Made by a program: the position numbers and the translations under genes
Notes under the pieces: generated by a model
Databases searched by the model: none
What the model was told of the DNA's origin: nothing
Seen by the model: the letters and a program-made list of their open reading frames with translations, nothing else
Assembly (NCBI GenBank): GCA_029881675.1
Contig: JAOUMD010000001.1
Coordinates: 2,930-66,929 of the forward strand
Direction: 5' to 3'
From: Minisyncoccota bacterium
GTDB taxonomy: Bacteria; Patescibacteriota; Microgenomatia; UBA1400; PJMF01
DNA length: 64,000 nucleotides
Shown here: positions 1 to 9,891 of the stretch, one piece after another
Layout of the letters: every line of letters begins with the position of its first letter
Position numbering within the stretch: position 1 is the first letter of the stretch

Positions 1-4
1 AACT

Positions 5-988
5 ATGATGCAGATTGCTGCCCATAGAGCTAATCTAATTGTTGATTGGGATAAAATTATTGTTGTCACAAACAAGCGTTATTCTGATGACATCAAAGAA
101 CAACTACCTAAAATACCTGCCCAAAATATCATCGCAGAACCCGAAAGAAGAGACACTGCCATGGCTATGCTAGCAGGAACACTTTTAGCACAATCTATGG
201 ACCCTAATGCTAATATCTTTAACCTAGCATCAGACCATGTCGTCACAGATGAAGCTGAGTTTGTCAAAGTAATGAATACAGCCCTAGAAGTATCTAGTGC
301 AAAAAAAGATTTAGTTACTGTCGGTATTACAGCTACAACACCAAGTAGTGCCTTTGGCTATATAAAAATTGGTGACCTTATTGAAACCAAAGAAAATAAA
401 CTTTCTGTTTATAAGGTATCTAACTTTACTGAGAAACCAACTAAAGAAGTTGCTCAAGAATTTATTAATACAGGTAAATACTATTGGAATGCTAATATGT
501 ATGTCTGGTCAGCCCATGCACTAATAGAAGCATTTAGAAAGTATCAGCCCAATATTCTAGCCGAGTCAGAAGAACTAGCTTCAATGACTCCAGAAGATTT
601 TCACAAGAACCTTCCTGATGTTTATGGCAAGGTAGAAAAGATTTCTATTGACTATGCAATCAGTGAAAAAGCAGACAACTTAGTCCTAATTCCAGGTAAC
701 TTTGGTTGGGATGACGTTGGTGACTGGAAAGTCATGCATGATCTCTCTCATAAAGACAGCAAAGGTAATGCTGTCATCAAAACAGAAGAAAGCGTAGAAC
801 CAGTTGTAATTGATTCAGCAAATAATTTAATTTATTCAGGAGAAAGATTAATTGCTCTTGTAGGTGTAGAAGATCTAGTTATTGTTGATAGCAAAGATAT
901 CACTTTGATCGTACCTCGTTCAAAAAGTCAGGATGTCAAAAAGATTGTCACCCAACTTAAAGAGGAAAAGAAGAATCAATACTTGTAG
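5..988 (+). CDS. manC: Mannose-1-phosphate guanylyltransferase (probably 5'-truncated by window edge)
   Basis: EPERRDTA, ASDH, FGYI, FTEKP, YYWNANMY, SIDYAISEK, GWDDVGDW motifs; the N-terminal AGG signature is missing, so it likely starts upstream. Confidence 0.9.
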   Translation: MMQIAAHRANLIVDWDKIIVVTNKRYSDDIKEQLPKIPAQNIIAEPERRDTAMAMLAGTLLAQSMDPNANIFNLASDHVVTDEAEFVKVMNTALEVSSAKKDLVTVGITATTPSSAFGYIKIGDLIETKENKLSVYKVSNFTEKPTKEVAQEFINTGKYYWNANMYVWSAHALIEAFRKYQPNILAESEELASMTPEDFHKNLPDVYGKVEKISIDYAISEKADNLVLIPGNFGWDDVGDWKVMHDLSHKDSKGNAVIKTEESVEPVVIDSANNLIYSGERLIALVGVEDLVIVDSKDITLIVPRSKSQDVKKIVTQLKEEKKNQYL

Positions 989-999
989 AATATAAATAT

Positions 1000-1626
1000 A
1001 TGTCGTCTTACGAATTTCAAAAAAGAATTCTTGATTTAACAATTGCAACTGCACTAATCGTAGCCTTCCTACCATTCTGGATTATCATCCCACTTCTTAT
1101 CTATCTAGAATCAGGAGATCCAATAATCTTTAAACATAAAAGAATTGGTAAGGATGGAAAAGAATTTGAGATATATAAGTTCAGAAGCATGATTCCTAAT
1201 GCAGATGAATATCTCCACTCTGGTAAAGATAAAGAACTATTAAAGAAATTTAAACAAGGTGACTGGAAACTTGAGCATGATCCTAGAATTACCAAATTAG
1301 GCAAAGTCCTTAGATCTCTTACAATTGATGAATTCCCTCAGCTATTCAATGTTCTAAAGGGTGAGATGAGTATGGTTGGTCCACGCGCATACGTCAAAAA
1401 AGAACTTAATGAACAAACAAAGAAATATCCAGCTACCAGAGAATTGGTCAAAGATATCCTCTCGATTAAGCCTGGTATTACCGGTCCATGGCAAACAAGT
1501 GGCCGCAATGAAGTTCCATTCAAACAAAGAGCCAAGATGGATGCTTTATATGCAAGAAAAAAATCTATCCTAAATGATCTCTTAATTGTTCTAAGAACCC
1601 CAAGAGCAATGATTTCCAAGTGGTAA
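1000..1626 (+). CDS. Priming sugar transferase (undecaprenyl-phosphate glycosylphosphotransferase, WcaJ/WbaP C-terminal family)
   Basis: KRILDL, YKFRSM, DPRITKLGKVLR, DEFPQLFNVLKGEMSMVGPR, KPGITGPWQ. Confidence 0.92.
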   Translation: MSSYEFQKRILDLTIATALIVAFLPFWIIIPLLIYLESGDPIIFKHKRIGKDGKEFEIYKFRSMIPNADEYLHSGKDKELLKKFKQGDWKLEHDPRITKLGKVLRSLTIDEFPQLFNVLKGEMSMVGPRAYVKKELNEQTKKYPATRELVKDILSIKPGITGPWQTSGRNEVPFKQRAKMDALYARKKSILNDLLIVLRTPRAMISKW

Positions 1627-1659
1627 TCTAAGACTTATATTTAGTATACTTGTTAAGTA

Positions 1660-3738
1660 ATGCCAAAAGATATTCAGTTACAAGATATTTCAAACACTAT
1701 GTCAGATGAAAAACTAGACTCTCAAGTAGAAAATTTATTTGTCAAAGCAGCAAAAAAAGTTCAAGACGAGCCAGAGGATAACGTGGTTAAAACCACAAAA
1801 GACTCCACAGAAATGTCATCAAAGAGTAATGACTCTAAATCTAAAAAGAAATTTAGTCTCTCAAACCTTTTTAACTCAAAAGGGAAGAAAATTGGATGGG
1901 CTGTTTTCTCTATTTTTTTAATTCTGTTTTCAATTATAGCTGGAGTAGGTTTTTATACTTACCAAGTGGCTATGGAACTAAAGACACAAGGTCTTGAAGC
2001 AAAAACTACTGGTATGGCTACTTATACAAACTTTAAGAACCAAAATTTACCTGGAGCAGAAGCAGAGCTAAATAAACTCAAAGAACAACTCGCTACAATT
2101 AGATCAACTTATTCTAAGCTTAATTTTTATAGAAATGTTCCAATCATTAATAATTATTACTTAGACGGAGAGCATTCTTTTAATGCTGCTGAGGCTGGTC
2201 TTAATGCTGGTGGTAAAACTATTGAAGCAATCGCTCCTTATGCTGATGTACTTGGATTTTCCGGTGAAGGAACTTTTGAAGGAGGATCTGCAGAAAATAG
2301 AATTAAACTTATTCTAGACACCTTAGAAAAAGTAACTCCTATCCTAGATGAAATCCAAGCAAACTTAGACACTGTCAGCACAGAACTAGCTCAAATTGAC
2401 GACAACCGATATCCAGAAGATTTTCAAGGAGTAGCTGTTAGAGAACTAATCGCTCAAGCAAAACAAGGAGCTGGTCAAGCAAACCTATTATTATCTGACT
2501 ACCGACCTATCATTGAATTAATTCCTGACATAGCAGGTTCCAAAGGGGAAAGAAGAAAATACTTAGTCTTATTTCAAAATGATAATGAACTGAGACCAAC
2601 TGGAGGCTTCTTAACTGCCTACTCTGTAATCTATATTGAAGATGGTAAGGTTACTCCAGAGAAATCAGATGATATTTATGAATTGGATAAGAAATTTAAC
2701 AAAAGAATTCCTATTCCAGAAGAACTTGGTCGTTATCTTACATCTGAAAGATACTGGAACCTTAGAGACATGAATACTTCTCCAGATTTCAAGACTTCAA
2801 TGGATCAATTCTTTGAATACTATAAAAATATCCCAGGAGAACCAGATAATATTGATGGAATTATTGCTGTTGATACTCAACTTCTTACAGATCTAATAGA
2901 AGTAGTGGGACCAATTAATATCCCTGGGTATGGAACTTTTAGTGCTGAGATTGATCCTAAATGTGATTGTCCACAAATCATTCTTGCTCTATCTGAAATC
3001 ATCACTAGACCTACTCCATATCTTAGAGAAGATCGTAAAGGGATCTTAGGCCCACTAATGTCTACTATTCTGACAAAGCTTTATTCTTCTCCAAGAACAT
3101 ATATGGCGGACCTATCTAATATTGCACTTAAAGACATCGAAGGTAGACATATCCAAATGTATTTCCTTAATGAAGAATTCCAAAAGTCCGTAGAAGCTAT
3201 TAATGCAGCTGGAAGGTTAGAGGTAAATGATAATGCTCAAGATTCACTTGCGATTGTTAATGCAAATTTGGGTGGGGCAAAATCTAACCTTTTTGTTGAT
3301 TACAATGTTACTCAGACTGTTTCAGATGTAGTAGATGGAAGAATTACTAAAACAGTTGAAATTACCTATAAGAATGACCATAAAGCAGATAACTGTAACT
3401 TAGAAGCTGGATTACTTTGTCTCAATAGTACTCTTAGAGATTGGACCAGACTCTATGTTCCACAAGGTAGTGAACTTGTTGAGGCACAAGGCTTTACAGA
3501 AGAAGCTAAAGTATATGATGAAGCAGGATTTACAGTTTTTGATGGCTTCTTTACCCTTGAACCAATGGCTCAAGCAAAACTAAAGGTTACCTACACAGTT
3601 CCATATACAGATGAAACATATAAGATTAACCTCTGGAAACAAGGTGGTATTAACCCTATCCCTATGATCATGGATGTTACAGGTGGACAAGAAGAAGTCT
3701 TGGTTAATAAAGACTTAATCTATGAGACTGAGTTCTAA
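1660..3738 (+). CDS. Membrane-anchored DUF4012-like protein
   Basis: One TM helix near aa 80-100; YLVLFQNDNELRPTGGF, RDMNTSPDF, DGIIAVD and NANLGGAKSN motifs typical of this polysaccharide-locus family. Confidence 0.75.
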   Translation: MPKDIQLQDISNTMSDEKLDSQVENLFVKAAKKVQDEPEDNVVKTTKDSTEMSSKSNDSKSKKKFSLSNLFNSKGKKIGWAVFSIFLILFSIIAGVGFYTYQVAMELKTQGLEAKTTGMATYTNFKNQNLPGAEAELNKLKEQLATIRSTYSKLNFYRNVPIINNYYLDGEHSFNAAEAGLNAGGKTIEAIAPYADVLGFSGEGTFEGGSAENRIKLILDTLEKVTPILDEIQANLDTVSTELAQIDDNRYPEDFQGVAVRELIAQAKQGAGQANLLLSDYRPIIELIPDIAGSKGERRKYLVLFQNDNELRPTGGFLTAYSVIYIEDGKVTPEKSDDIYELDKKFNKRIPIPEELGRYLTSERYWNLRDMNTSPDFKTSMDQFFEYYKNIPGEPDNIDGIIAVDTQLLTDLIEVVGPINIPGYGTFSAEIDPKCDCPQIILALSEIITRPTPYLREDRKGILGPLMSTILTKLYSSPRTYMADLSNIALKDIEGRHIQMYFLNEEFQKSVEAINAAGRLEVNDNAQDSLAIVNANLGGAKSNLFVDYNVTQTVSDVVDGRITKTVEITYKNDHKADNCNLEAGLLCLNSTLRDWTRLYVPQGSELVEAQGFTEEAKVYDEAGFTVFDGFFTLEPMAQAKLKVTYTVPYTDETYKINLWKQGGINPIPMIMDVTGGQEEVLVNKDLIYETEF

Positions 3739-4267
3739 ATCTAGTCTCTCTGCTGCCCTTATTCTCAAACGCTCTAATACTGGTGAAGCTGATCGAGTGG
3801 TTACTCTTTTTACCAAAGAGAGTGGTCGGATGGTTGTTATTGCCAAAGGTGTTAGAAAACTAAAGTCAACTAAGAGTGCATATCTAGAACCAGGTAACTT
3901 AACTAAAATTCTCCTTATTAAAACCAAATCCATGCCTATCCTTACCCAAGCTTCAATCATAGAAGATACTTCTGACATTAGAACTGATCTAGCTAAAATA
4001 AGACAGATGACCCAGCTACTAGAGATCATAGATAAGTTATTTGTTGAAGAAGAAGTAGAAGAACATGTCTACCAAATGGTAATGAGAATTAGAACAAAGA
4101 TTCTTGATGGTAGTAAGATTAATCTCAAAAAAGATCTTATTACCTTAGTTGAATGGTTGGGATACCAAAACCTCAAAGAAACACAGCATGATAGTATTCT
4201 TGACTATGTAGCAGAGATTACAGGCAAGAAGATGAAGAGCTTTGATTTTCTTAAGCCTAATTCATAG
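3722..4267 (+). CDS. recO: DNA repair protein RecO
   Basis: GEADRVVTLFTKESGRMVVIAKGVRKLKS N-terminal OB-fold signature. Confidence 0.88.
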   Translation: MRLSSKSSLSAALILKRSNTGEADRVVTLFTKESGRMVVIAKGVRKLKSTKSAYLEPGNLTKILLIKTKSMPILTQASIIEDTSDIRTDLAKIRQMTQLLEIIDKLFVEEEVEEHVYQMVMRIRTKILDGSKINLKKDLITLVEWLGYQNLKETQHDSILDYVAEITGKKMKSFDFLKPNS

Positions 4268-4358
4268 AACCCATATTTATTGATATCTCCAGTTATAGTG
4301 ATATAATCATTTAGCAATTTCAATCTATCCGTTTCAATAGCGAAAGCGAGTAATATCA

Positions 4359-4595
4359 ATGGGTATGAAGGTTGAAGTTTTGGATCGTTCTGGTCGCCCT
4401 AAAAGTAACGTTAGCGTTAAAGTGTTATATCAGGGCGGTGGACAAGATAATGGTCAAACAAATGGCAATGGGATATTTGATACAGGTGGAAGTGGAGGCA
4501 GAATCTCTGAAATCTATGTATCGGGTTCAAGCGCCATGACCTCAGGAGGACGTGCAGCCGGTTACAACGACACAGTAACAGTCGAAGTAAACTAA
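4359..4595 (+). CDS. Small Gly-rich hypothetical protein (possibly a transthyretin/carboxypeptidase-regulatory-like beta fold)
   Basis: VEVLDRSGRPKSNVSVKV...GQTNGNG pattern; has its own promoter-like sequence and terminator. Confidence 0.55.
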   Translation: MGMKVEVLDRSGRPKSNVSVKVLYQGGGQDNGQTNGNGIFDTGGSGGRISEIYVSGSSAMTSGGRAAGYNDTVTVEVN

Positions 4596-4616
4596 ACTGC
4601 TCTATCCTCTCACCAC

Positions 4617-4647
4617 AAGACAGCGTCTTAACTTAGGCGCTGTTTTT
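4617..4647 (+). terminator. Rho-independent terminator
   Basis: ACAGCGTCT-taactt-AGGCGCTGT followed by a T run. Confidence 0.8.
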
Positions 4648-4672
4648 ATATTAAATGGTATAATAAACCTTA

Positions 4673-4879
4673 ATGTCAGACAAATATAAACCACCGTATC
4701 AAACAAAATTTAAACCAGGAGATAGTGTCAAATATGATAATAAACTCTGGAAAATTGACGGGTGGTGTTTACTATCAGGTAGTGAACATGCTTATGATAT
4801 TAGTACCCCTAGTGGTAAAGGTTTATACATTAAGGGTGTAAAAATTAGTGAAGGCGACAAATACTTCTCCAAAGCCTAA
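4673..4879 (+). CDS. Small hypothetical protein (possible SH3/KOW-like barrel)
   Basis: 68-aa ORF with KFKPGDSVKY; extended -10 TGgTATAAT at about 4656-4664. Confidence 0.5.
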   Translation: MSDKYKPPYQTKFKPGDSVKYDNKLWKIDGWCLLSGSEHAYDISTPSGKGLYIKGVKISEGDKYFSKA

Positions 4880-5994
4880 ACCTTCTTCACCACCTTCTCC
4901 CAACTAAACCCATTCCTACCAAAGTGCCCATAAGCAGCTGTTTCTAAAAACTGTGGTCTTTGTAGCTTAAGTTTCTTTATTATTCCACTTACAGATGTAT
5001 CAATTAGTTTCTGGGCAAAGTCGTTAATCTTCTTTGCGGAGACTTTATTTGTCCCAAAGGTCTCAACTTCTTGCATTAATGGTTTCTTAATTCCAATAGA
5101 GTAGGCCAACCTAACTTCTGCTTTCTTAGCTAAACCATGAGCAACAATATTCTTAGCAATATATCTTGCTGCATATGCTCCTGATCTATCTACTTTAGTA
5201 GAATCCTTTCCTGAAAAAGCTCCACCACCCACTCTGGCATAACCACCATAAGTATCTACAATTATCTTTCTACCGGTAAGTCCAGCATCAGAAGTAGGAC
5301 CACCGATATGCCAGACTCCAGTCCCATTCACAATTAAATCTTTAGGACCAATTGAGAATCCGTATTTATCTAAAACAAAGTTAACTACCTGTGAGAGGAT
5401 ATCGACTTTGACATCAGATAATTTAATTTCTTCATCATGAGGGACAGCAATGACTACCTTGGTTACCTCTGATGGTTTATCATTAATATACTTAACACTA
5501 ACCTGTGTTTTTCCATCTGGTCTCAAGTAGGGAAGAATATTCTTTTCTCTAACTTCATCTAGTCTCATTGCTAATTGTTGAGCCAGTTCAATTGGAAGAG
5601 GCATGAAATTCTTTGTCTCATCACAAGCAAAACCAAACATCATCCCTTGGTCTCCAGCCCCTTGATCATCTACTCCTGTGGCTATTTCACTTGATTGCTG
5701 GTGAATATTTACAATGATGGGGGACTTAGTAGTAAACTTAAATCTAGGATCATCAAAGCCTAGCCTTTTGATCTCTCTTCTTGCTATCTTCTTATAATCA
5801 ACTTTCTTTCCTTGGTAGTTAACTTCACCAGCTAGAACTATTTGATCACTACTAACTAATGTCTCTACAGCTACTCTTCCTTTAGGGTCACGTTTAAGAA
5901 TCTCATCTAAAATAGCGTCAGAAATTTGATCTGCAATCTTATCTGGATGACCTGCACAAACAGATTCTGAAGTGAATATATATTCATTTGGCAT
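4876..5994 (-). CDS. metK: S-adenosylmethionine synthetase
   Basis: FTSESVCAGHPDKIADQISDA, GAGDQG, GLTGRKIIVDTYGG, GGGAFSGKD. Confidence 0.97.
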   Translation of the reverse strand: MPNEYIFTSESVCAGHPDKIADQISDAILDEILKRDPKGRVAVETLVSSDQIVLAGEVNYQGKKVDYKKIARREIKRLGFDDPRFKFTTKSPIIVNIHQQSSEIATGVDDQGAGDQGMMFGFACDETKNFMPLPIELAQQLAMRLDEVREKNILPYLRPDGKTQVSVKYINDKPSEVTKVVIAVPHDEEIKLSDVKVDILSQVVNFVLDKYGFSIGPKDLIVNGTGVWHIGGPTSDAGLTGRKIIVDTYGGYARVGGGAFSGKDSTKVDRSGAYAARYIAKNIVAHGLAKKAEVRLAYSIGIKKPLMQEVETFGTNKVSAKKINDFAQKLIDTSVSGIIKKLKLQRPQFLETAAYGHFGRNGFSWEKVVKKV

Positions 5995-6140
5995 AAAAAA
6001 ACCTCCTATGTACTTAAGAGGAGGTAACTATTATTTATTTTGTCTTACGACCACATCTTTCCCTCTTAAGTGAATTGGGCACCGTGTCCTTGCCAGAGGC
6101 TCGGTTGCCGGGTGAATTGCTTCACCACTCTTGATGTATA
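5995..6140 (-). promoter_or_regulatory. SAM-clan riboswitch (SAM-I/IV-variant-like) with expression platform upstream of metK
   Basis: Minus strand reads UACAUCAAGAG...CGGCAACC...GGUGCCCAAUUC...GAAAGAUGUG, the SAM-I core; P1 is UACAUC/GAUGUG; hairpin ACCUCCU...AGGAGGU plus U run directly before the ATG. Confidence 0.85.
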
Positions 6141-6224
6141 TAGATATACTAACAGGAAAATGGCTTGATTTCAATTACCTTAATGATTGTTGACAGTTTC
6201 GGGTTTTATTTGTTCAAATAAAGT

Positions 6225-6470
6225 ATGTACCAAAAAATAGGAGAAAAAATTAAAGTGGCAGGTGTATACAAAGACTATACCTTTCAACCATTTAAATTTC
6301 AGTGGAATGGGCGGCAATTAAAGATTGATAAGATCACTTTGGTTTCTAATATAAAAAATGGTCTTATAAAAAAACGTCTTTATAGCGTCATGATTGGCAA
6401 CGATATCTTTCGCCTACTCTTTGATAGAGAATCAGAGTCTTGGACCATAGATGAAGTCTGGGTTGATTAA
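6225..6470 (+). CDS. Small protein co-transcribed with a Y-family polymerase (DUF6504-like)
   Basis: P-x-x-F-x-W-x-G-R...F-x-L-x-F-D...W pattern; ends 2 nt before dinB; TTGACA at 6190-6195. Confidence 0.6.
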   Translation: MYQKIGEKIKVAGVYKDYTFQPFKFQWNGRQLKIDKITLVSNIKNGLIKKRLYSVMIGNDIFRLLFDRESESWTIDEVWVD

Positions 6471-6472
6471 AT

Positions 6473-7717
6473 ATGCCCGACATTAATTGGCAAAACAAAA
6501 TCCTACACATTGATATTAATTCCTATTTTGCCGCCCTCTTACAACAAGAAAATCCCAAGTTAAGAAATAAACCAGTTGGAATAGTCAAAGATGTGGGGAG
6601 AACTTGTATCATTGCTGCTAGTAAAGAAGCTAAGAAACTTGGGGTTAGTACTGGAAGTAATGCTTATGAAGCAAAGCTAAAAGCACCTGACATAGTCTTA
6701 GTACCAGCTCAATTTGATCGCTATCTAGATGCAACCAAAAGACTTAAGAAAATCTTTATGAATGTTAGCCCTAATATTTATATTTATTCCTTAGATGAAG
6801 CCTTTGTTAATATTTCTCACTGTCAGAAATATCTTTATCCAGATGTAGAACAATTAGCAAAAAATATCCAACAACAAATTCAACTAGAACTAGGGGAGTG
6901 GGTAACAAGTAATGTTGGTATTAGTGCTAATTACTTTCTAGCCAAAATTGCCTCAAATATTGCTCCCAAAGGAACTGTCTTAACCATTGATGAAAACAAT
7001 CTTGATGGAATCTTAGCTGAAGTACCTTTTGCAGAAGTTTGTGGAGTTGGCTTAAGATTAGAAAAGAAATTAAAAAAACTTGGTGTCACTAATCCATACC
7101 AGATTAGATTCTACTCTCAAGCAGAACTAGAACTATTCTTTGGACCATTCTGGTCTAGAGAGTTATTAAAAATTGCCTACGGAGAAGAAACTAATCATCT
7201 AGCTTTATTAGAGAAACCGCTTAGTCAAATGAAAAGTGTCAGTCGCTCTATCACTGGCTATCATCTCTACGATGATGAGAAAGAAATTAAAGCCATTATT
7301 TATAATCTAATTAGTGAGGTGATACATAAAGTGAGAAAAATGAACTTGGCAGGTAGGCAAGTCAGTATTTTCTTAAACGGCCAAGATCAATTTTGGGCAG
7401 ATCATCTTACCGTTAAACACTTTATTAATCATGAACAAGAAATGTTTGAAATAATTTATAACAAACTATATAAGAACTGGAAGAGACATTTTAAAATTAT
7501 TAAATTTGGAGTGAGGATGTCACTACTAGAAAAGATGGGCCAAAATTCATTATTACCAAATTGGCAAAAGACAGAAAAGATTCATCAAGCTATGGATGAT
7601 GTGAATGATAAGTATGGCTTATTTACCCTAAGAACTGGAGCGCTACTTAATCAACCAATCATTAAACCAGAAGTAACTGGTTTCTTAGGGGATAGGATAT
7701 ATCAGTTAGGAGAATAA
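6473..7717 (+). CDS. dinB: Y-family DNA polymerase IV
   Basis: ILHIDINSYFA, IIAASKEAK, YSLDEAF, LAKIAS, GVG motifs. Confidence 0.9.
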   Translation: MPDINWQNKILHIDINSYFAALLQQENPKLRNKPVGIVKDVGRTCIIAASKEAKKLGVSTGSNAYEAKLKAPDIVLVPAQFDRYLDATKRLKKIFMNVSPNIYIYSLDEAFVNISHCQKYLYPDVEQLAKNIQQQIQLELGEWVTSNVGISANYFLAKIASNIAPKGTVLTIDENNLDGILAEVPFAEVCGVGLRLEKKLKKLGVTNPYQIRFYSQAELELFFGPFWSRELLKIAYGEETNHLALLEKPLSQMKSVSRSITGYHLYDDEKEIKAIIYNLISEVIHKVRKMNLAGRQVSIFLNGQDQFWADHLTVKHFINHEQEMFEIIYNKLYKNWKRHFKIIKFGVRMSLLEKMGQNSLLPNWQKTEKIHQAMDDVNDKYGLFTLRTGALLNQPIIKPEVTGFLGDRIYQLGE

Positions 7718-7728
7718 ATTAAATAAAG

Positions 7729-9831
7729 TTATTCAATTACCACCCGAGCATCAAGAACAATAGACTTGTCAGGTAATGCTAATAAAGGATTAATATCTAA
7801 CTCAATAATCTCAGGGAAATCAGTAACAAGCTGAGATAATCTTCCAATACATTCAACTAACTTCTCTTTATCCACTGCTTGCTGTCCTCTAACACCTTCA
7901 AATATCTTGGATGACTTTAAGCCATTAATCATTCTCATGGCATCAACTCTAGTCAATGGAGCATAGGCAAAATCAACATCTTTAAGTACTTCAACGTATA
8001 TACCACCAAGACCAAACATAATCATTGTCCCAAGACCTGGAGCTTTACTTACTCCCAAGATAATCTCTGTTCCACCTTCTGGAGCCATCTCCATTAAAAG
8101 CACACCATCTAGCTTTGCTTCAGGTTTCTTTTCTGAAACTGTCATAAGCATCTGATCATACTTCTGAGCTGCATCCTTGGTAGTGACATTAAGCATCACA
8201 CCACCAACATCACTCTTATGTAAAATATCATTTGAGACAATCTTCATCGCAAACTTACCTTCATCACCACCTAGTTCAAAACATTTCTGAGCTGCTTCAT
8301 GAGATGAATATGCTTGGACAGATTTCAAAAGAGGGAAATTATATGCTTCCATAATCTCCATCGCTAGTGCTTCAGGGAAAGAGGTTCTACCTTCTGCTTT
8401 TGCTTTAGAAAATATCTGAGTTACTTTGTCATAATCAACATCATCAAAATGGAGTGCCTCTCCAGCTGGTCTCTTACTCCACTTAGAGAAGTTAGATAAT
8501 GCAGCTAAACTAGCAGCCGCTGGTTCTGGGAAAGTAGTTGTCATAATATCAGCTGCTTGAAGCATTTCTACACCTGTATGAACACTTTTTTGTCCCATGA
8601 AACTAACTACAATTGGCTTTTGACTATCCTTGGTGACGTCGATAATAGCCTGAGCTGTTTCTTCTATCTCTGTCATTGATTGAGGAGTAAGAAGGACGAT
8701 AATTCCTTCTGCAGCAGGGTCTTTAATAATGGCTTCTAGTGCCATTTTATATCTATCAGCTCTAGCATCACCCAGAACATCAACCGGGTTATGAGTACTA
8801 GCAGCTTCTGGAAGAGCTTCTTTCATTACTCTAACTGTTTCTTCACTAAGTTCTGCCATTTCAAAACCATGCTTGACCACTTCATCGGTAGTGAGAACAC
8901 CTGGACCACCGGCATTAGTTAAAACAACTATCTTATTTATTTGGGTTTGAGGATTTACACAAAATATTTGAGCAAAGTTAAAAAGGTCTTCGATAGTATT
9001 AGCTCTGATAATACCGGCTTGAGCAAAAAGAGCTTCATAAGCACTATCTCCACCACTGAGTGAACCTGTGTGTGAAGCAATTGCTCCTGCGCCAGCTTCT
9101 GTTCTACCTGATTTTAAAATCACAACTGGCTTAGGATTATCTCCTTTATTTAGTTCAATCAGAGTATCAATAATCTCCCGAGCATTACTTAGTTGTTCTA
9201 CATATAAAGCCACAACTTTAGTTTGAGGATCAGTGTGTAAATACCTAATCATATCTACTTCATCAACATCAGCCTTATTTCCAATACTGACAAATTTAGA
9301 AAAACCAATGGCCATTTTGTCTGCATAATCAAGGACAGCAGTACAAAGAGCTCCAGATTGTGACATAAAGGCAATGTTACCTACCTCTGGCATTAGTGAA
9401 GCAAAAGAAGCATTCATCTTGTTCTGTGCATTTATCACACCCAGACAATTAGGACCAATCAAAGCAATATCATTCTTACGACAGACATCTTTAAGCTGTT
9501 CTTCTAGCTCCACATTACCAATTTCCTTAAAGCCTGCAGAAATAACAACGGCTGCTTTTGCACCCTTAGTTGCAGCAACTTTAATCACATCAGGAACAAA
9601 CTTAGCAGGAATGGCAATCACCACAACATCAATACTCTGATCTACATCAGCAATATCATGATAGACCTTATGGCCATACAACTCATCTATCTTGGGATTA
9701 ATTGGGATAATTTTACCTTGGTAACCTTGAGTACTAAGATTTTTTACAACATCATTACCGACAGTTTTCTCACGGGATGAAGCTCCTACAATAGCTATTG
9801 ATTGGGCGTTAAAAAGTGCATCAAGATTCAT
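7729..9831 (-). CDS. Acetate-CoA ligase (ADP-forming), fused alpha/beta
   Basis: IAIVGAS CoA-binding motif, LIGPNCLG, SQSGA, ASHTGSL phospho-His, HKSDVGGV, ELDINPL. Confidence 0.92.
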   Translation of the reverse strand: MNLDALFNAQSIAIVGASSREKTVGNDVVKNLSTQGYQGKIIPINPKIDELYGHKVYHDIADVDQSIDVVVIAIPAKFVPDVIKVAATKGAKAAVVISAGFKEIGNVELEEQLKDVCRKNDIALIGPNCLGVINAQNKMNASFASLMPEVGNIAFMSQSGALCTAVLDYADKMAIGFSKFVSIGNKADVDEVDMIRYLHTDPQTKVVALYVEQLSNAREIIDTLIELNKGDNPKPVVILKSGRTEAGAGAIASHTGSLSGGDSAYEALFAQAGIIRANTIEDLFNFAQIFCVNPQTQINKIVVLTNAGGPGVLTTDEVVKHGFEMAELSEETVRVMKEALPEAASTHNPVDVLGDARADRYKMALEAIIKDPAAEGIIVLLTPQSMTEIEETAQAIIDVTKDSQKPIVVSFMGQKSVHTGVEMLQAADIMTTTFPEPAAASLAALSNFSKWSKRPAGEALHFDDVDYDKVTQIFSKAKAEGRTSFPEALAMEIMEAYNFPLLKSVQAYSSHEAAQKCFELGGDEGKFAMKIVSNDILHKSDVGGVMLNVTTKDAAQKYDQMLMTVSEKKPEAKLDGVLLMEMAPEGGTEIILGVSKAPGLGTMIMFGLGGIYVEVLKDVDFAYAPLTRVDAMRMINGLKSSKIFEGVRGQQAVDKEKLVECIGRLSQLVTDFPEIIELDINPLLALPDKSIVLDARVVIE

Positions 9832-9891
9832 AATTACATTCTAGCGTAATTTAATGAATATTTCTTGGGTGTGATCTTAAACTAAGTTTAA

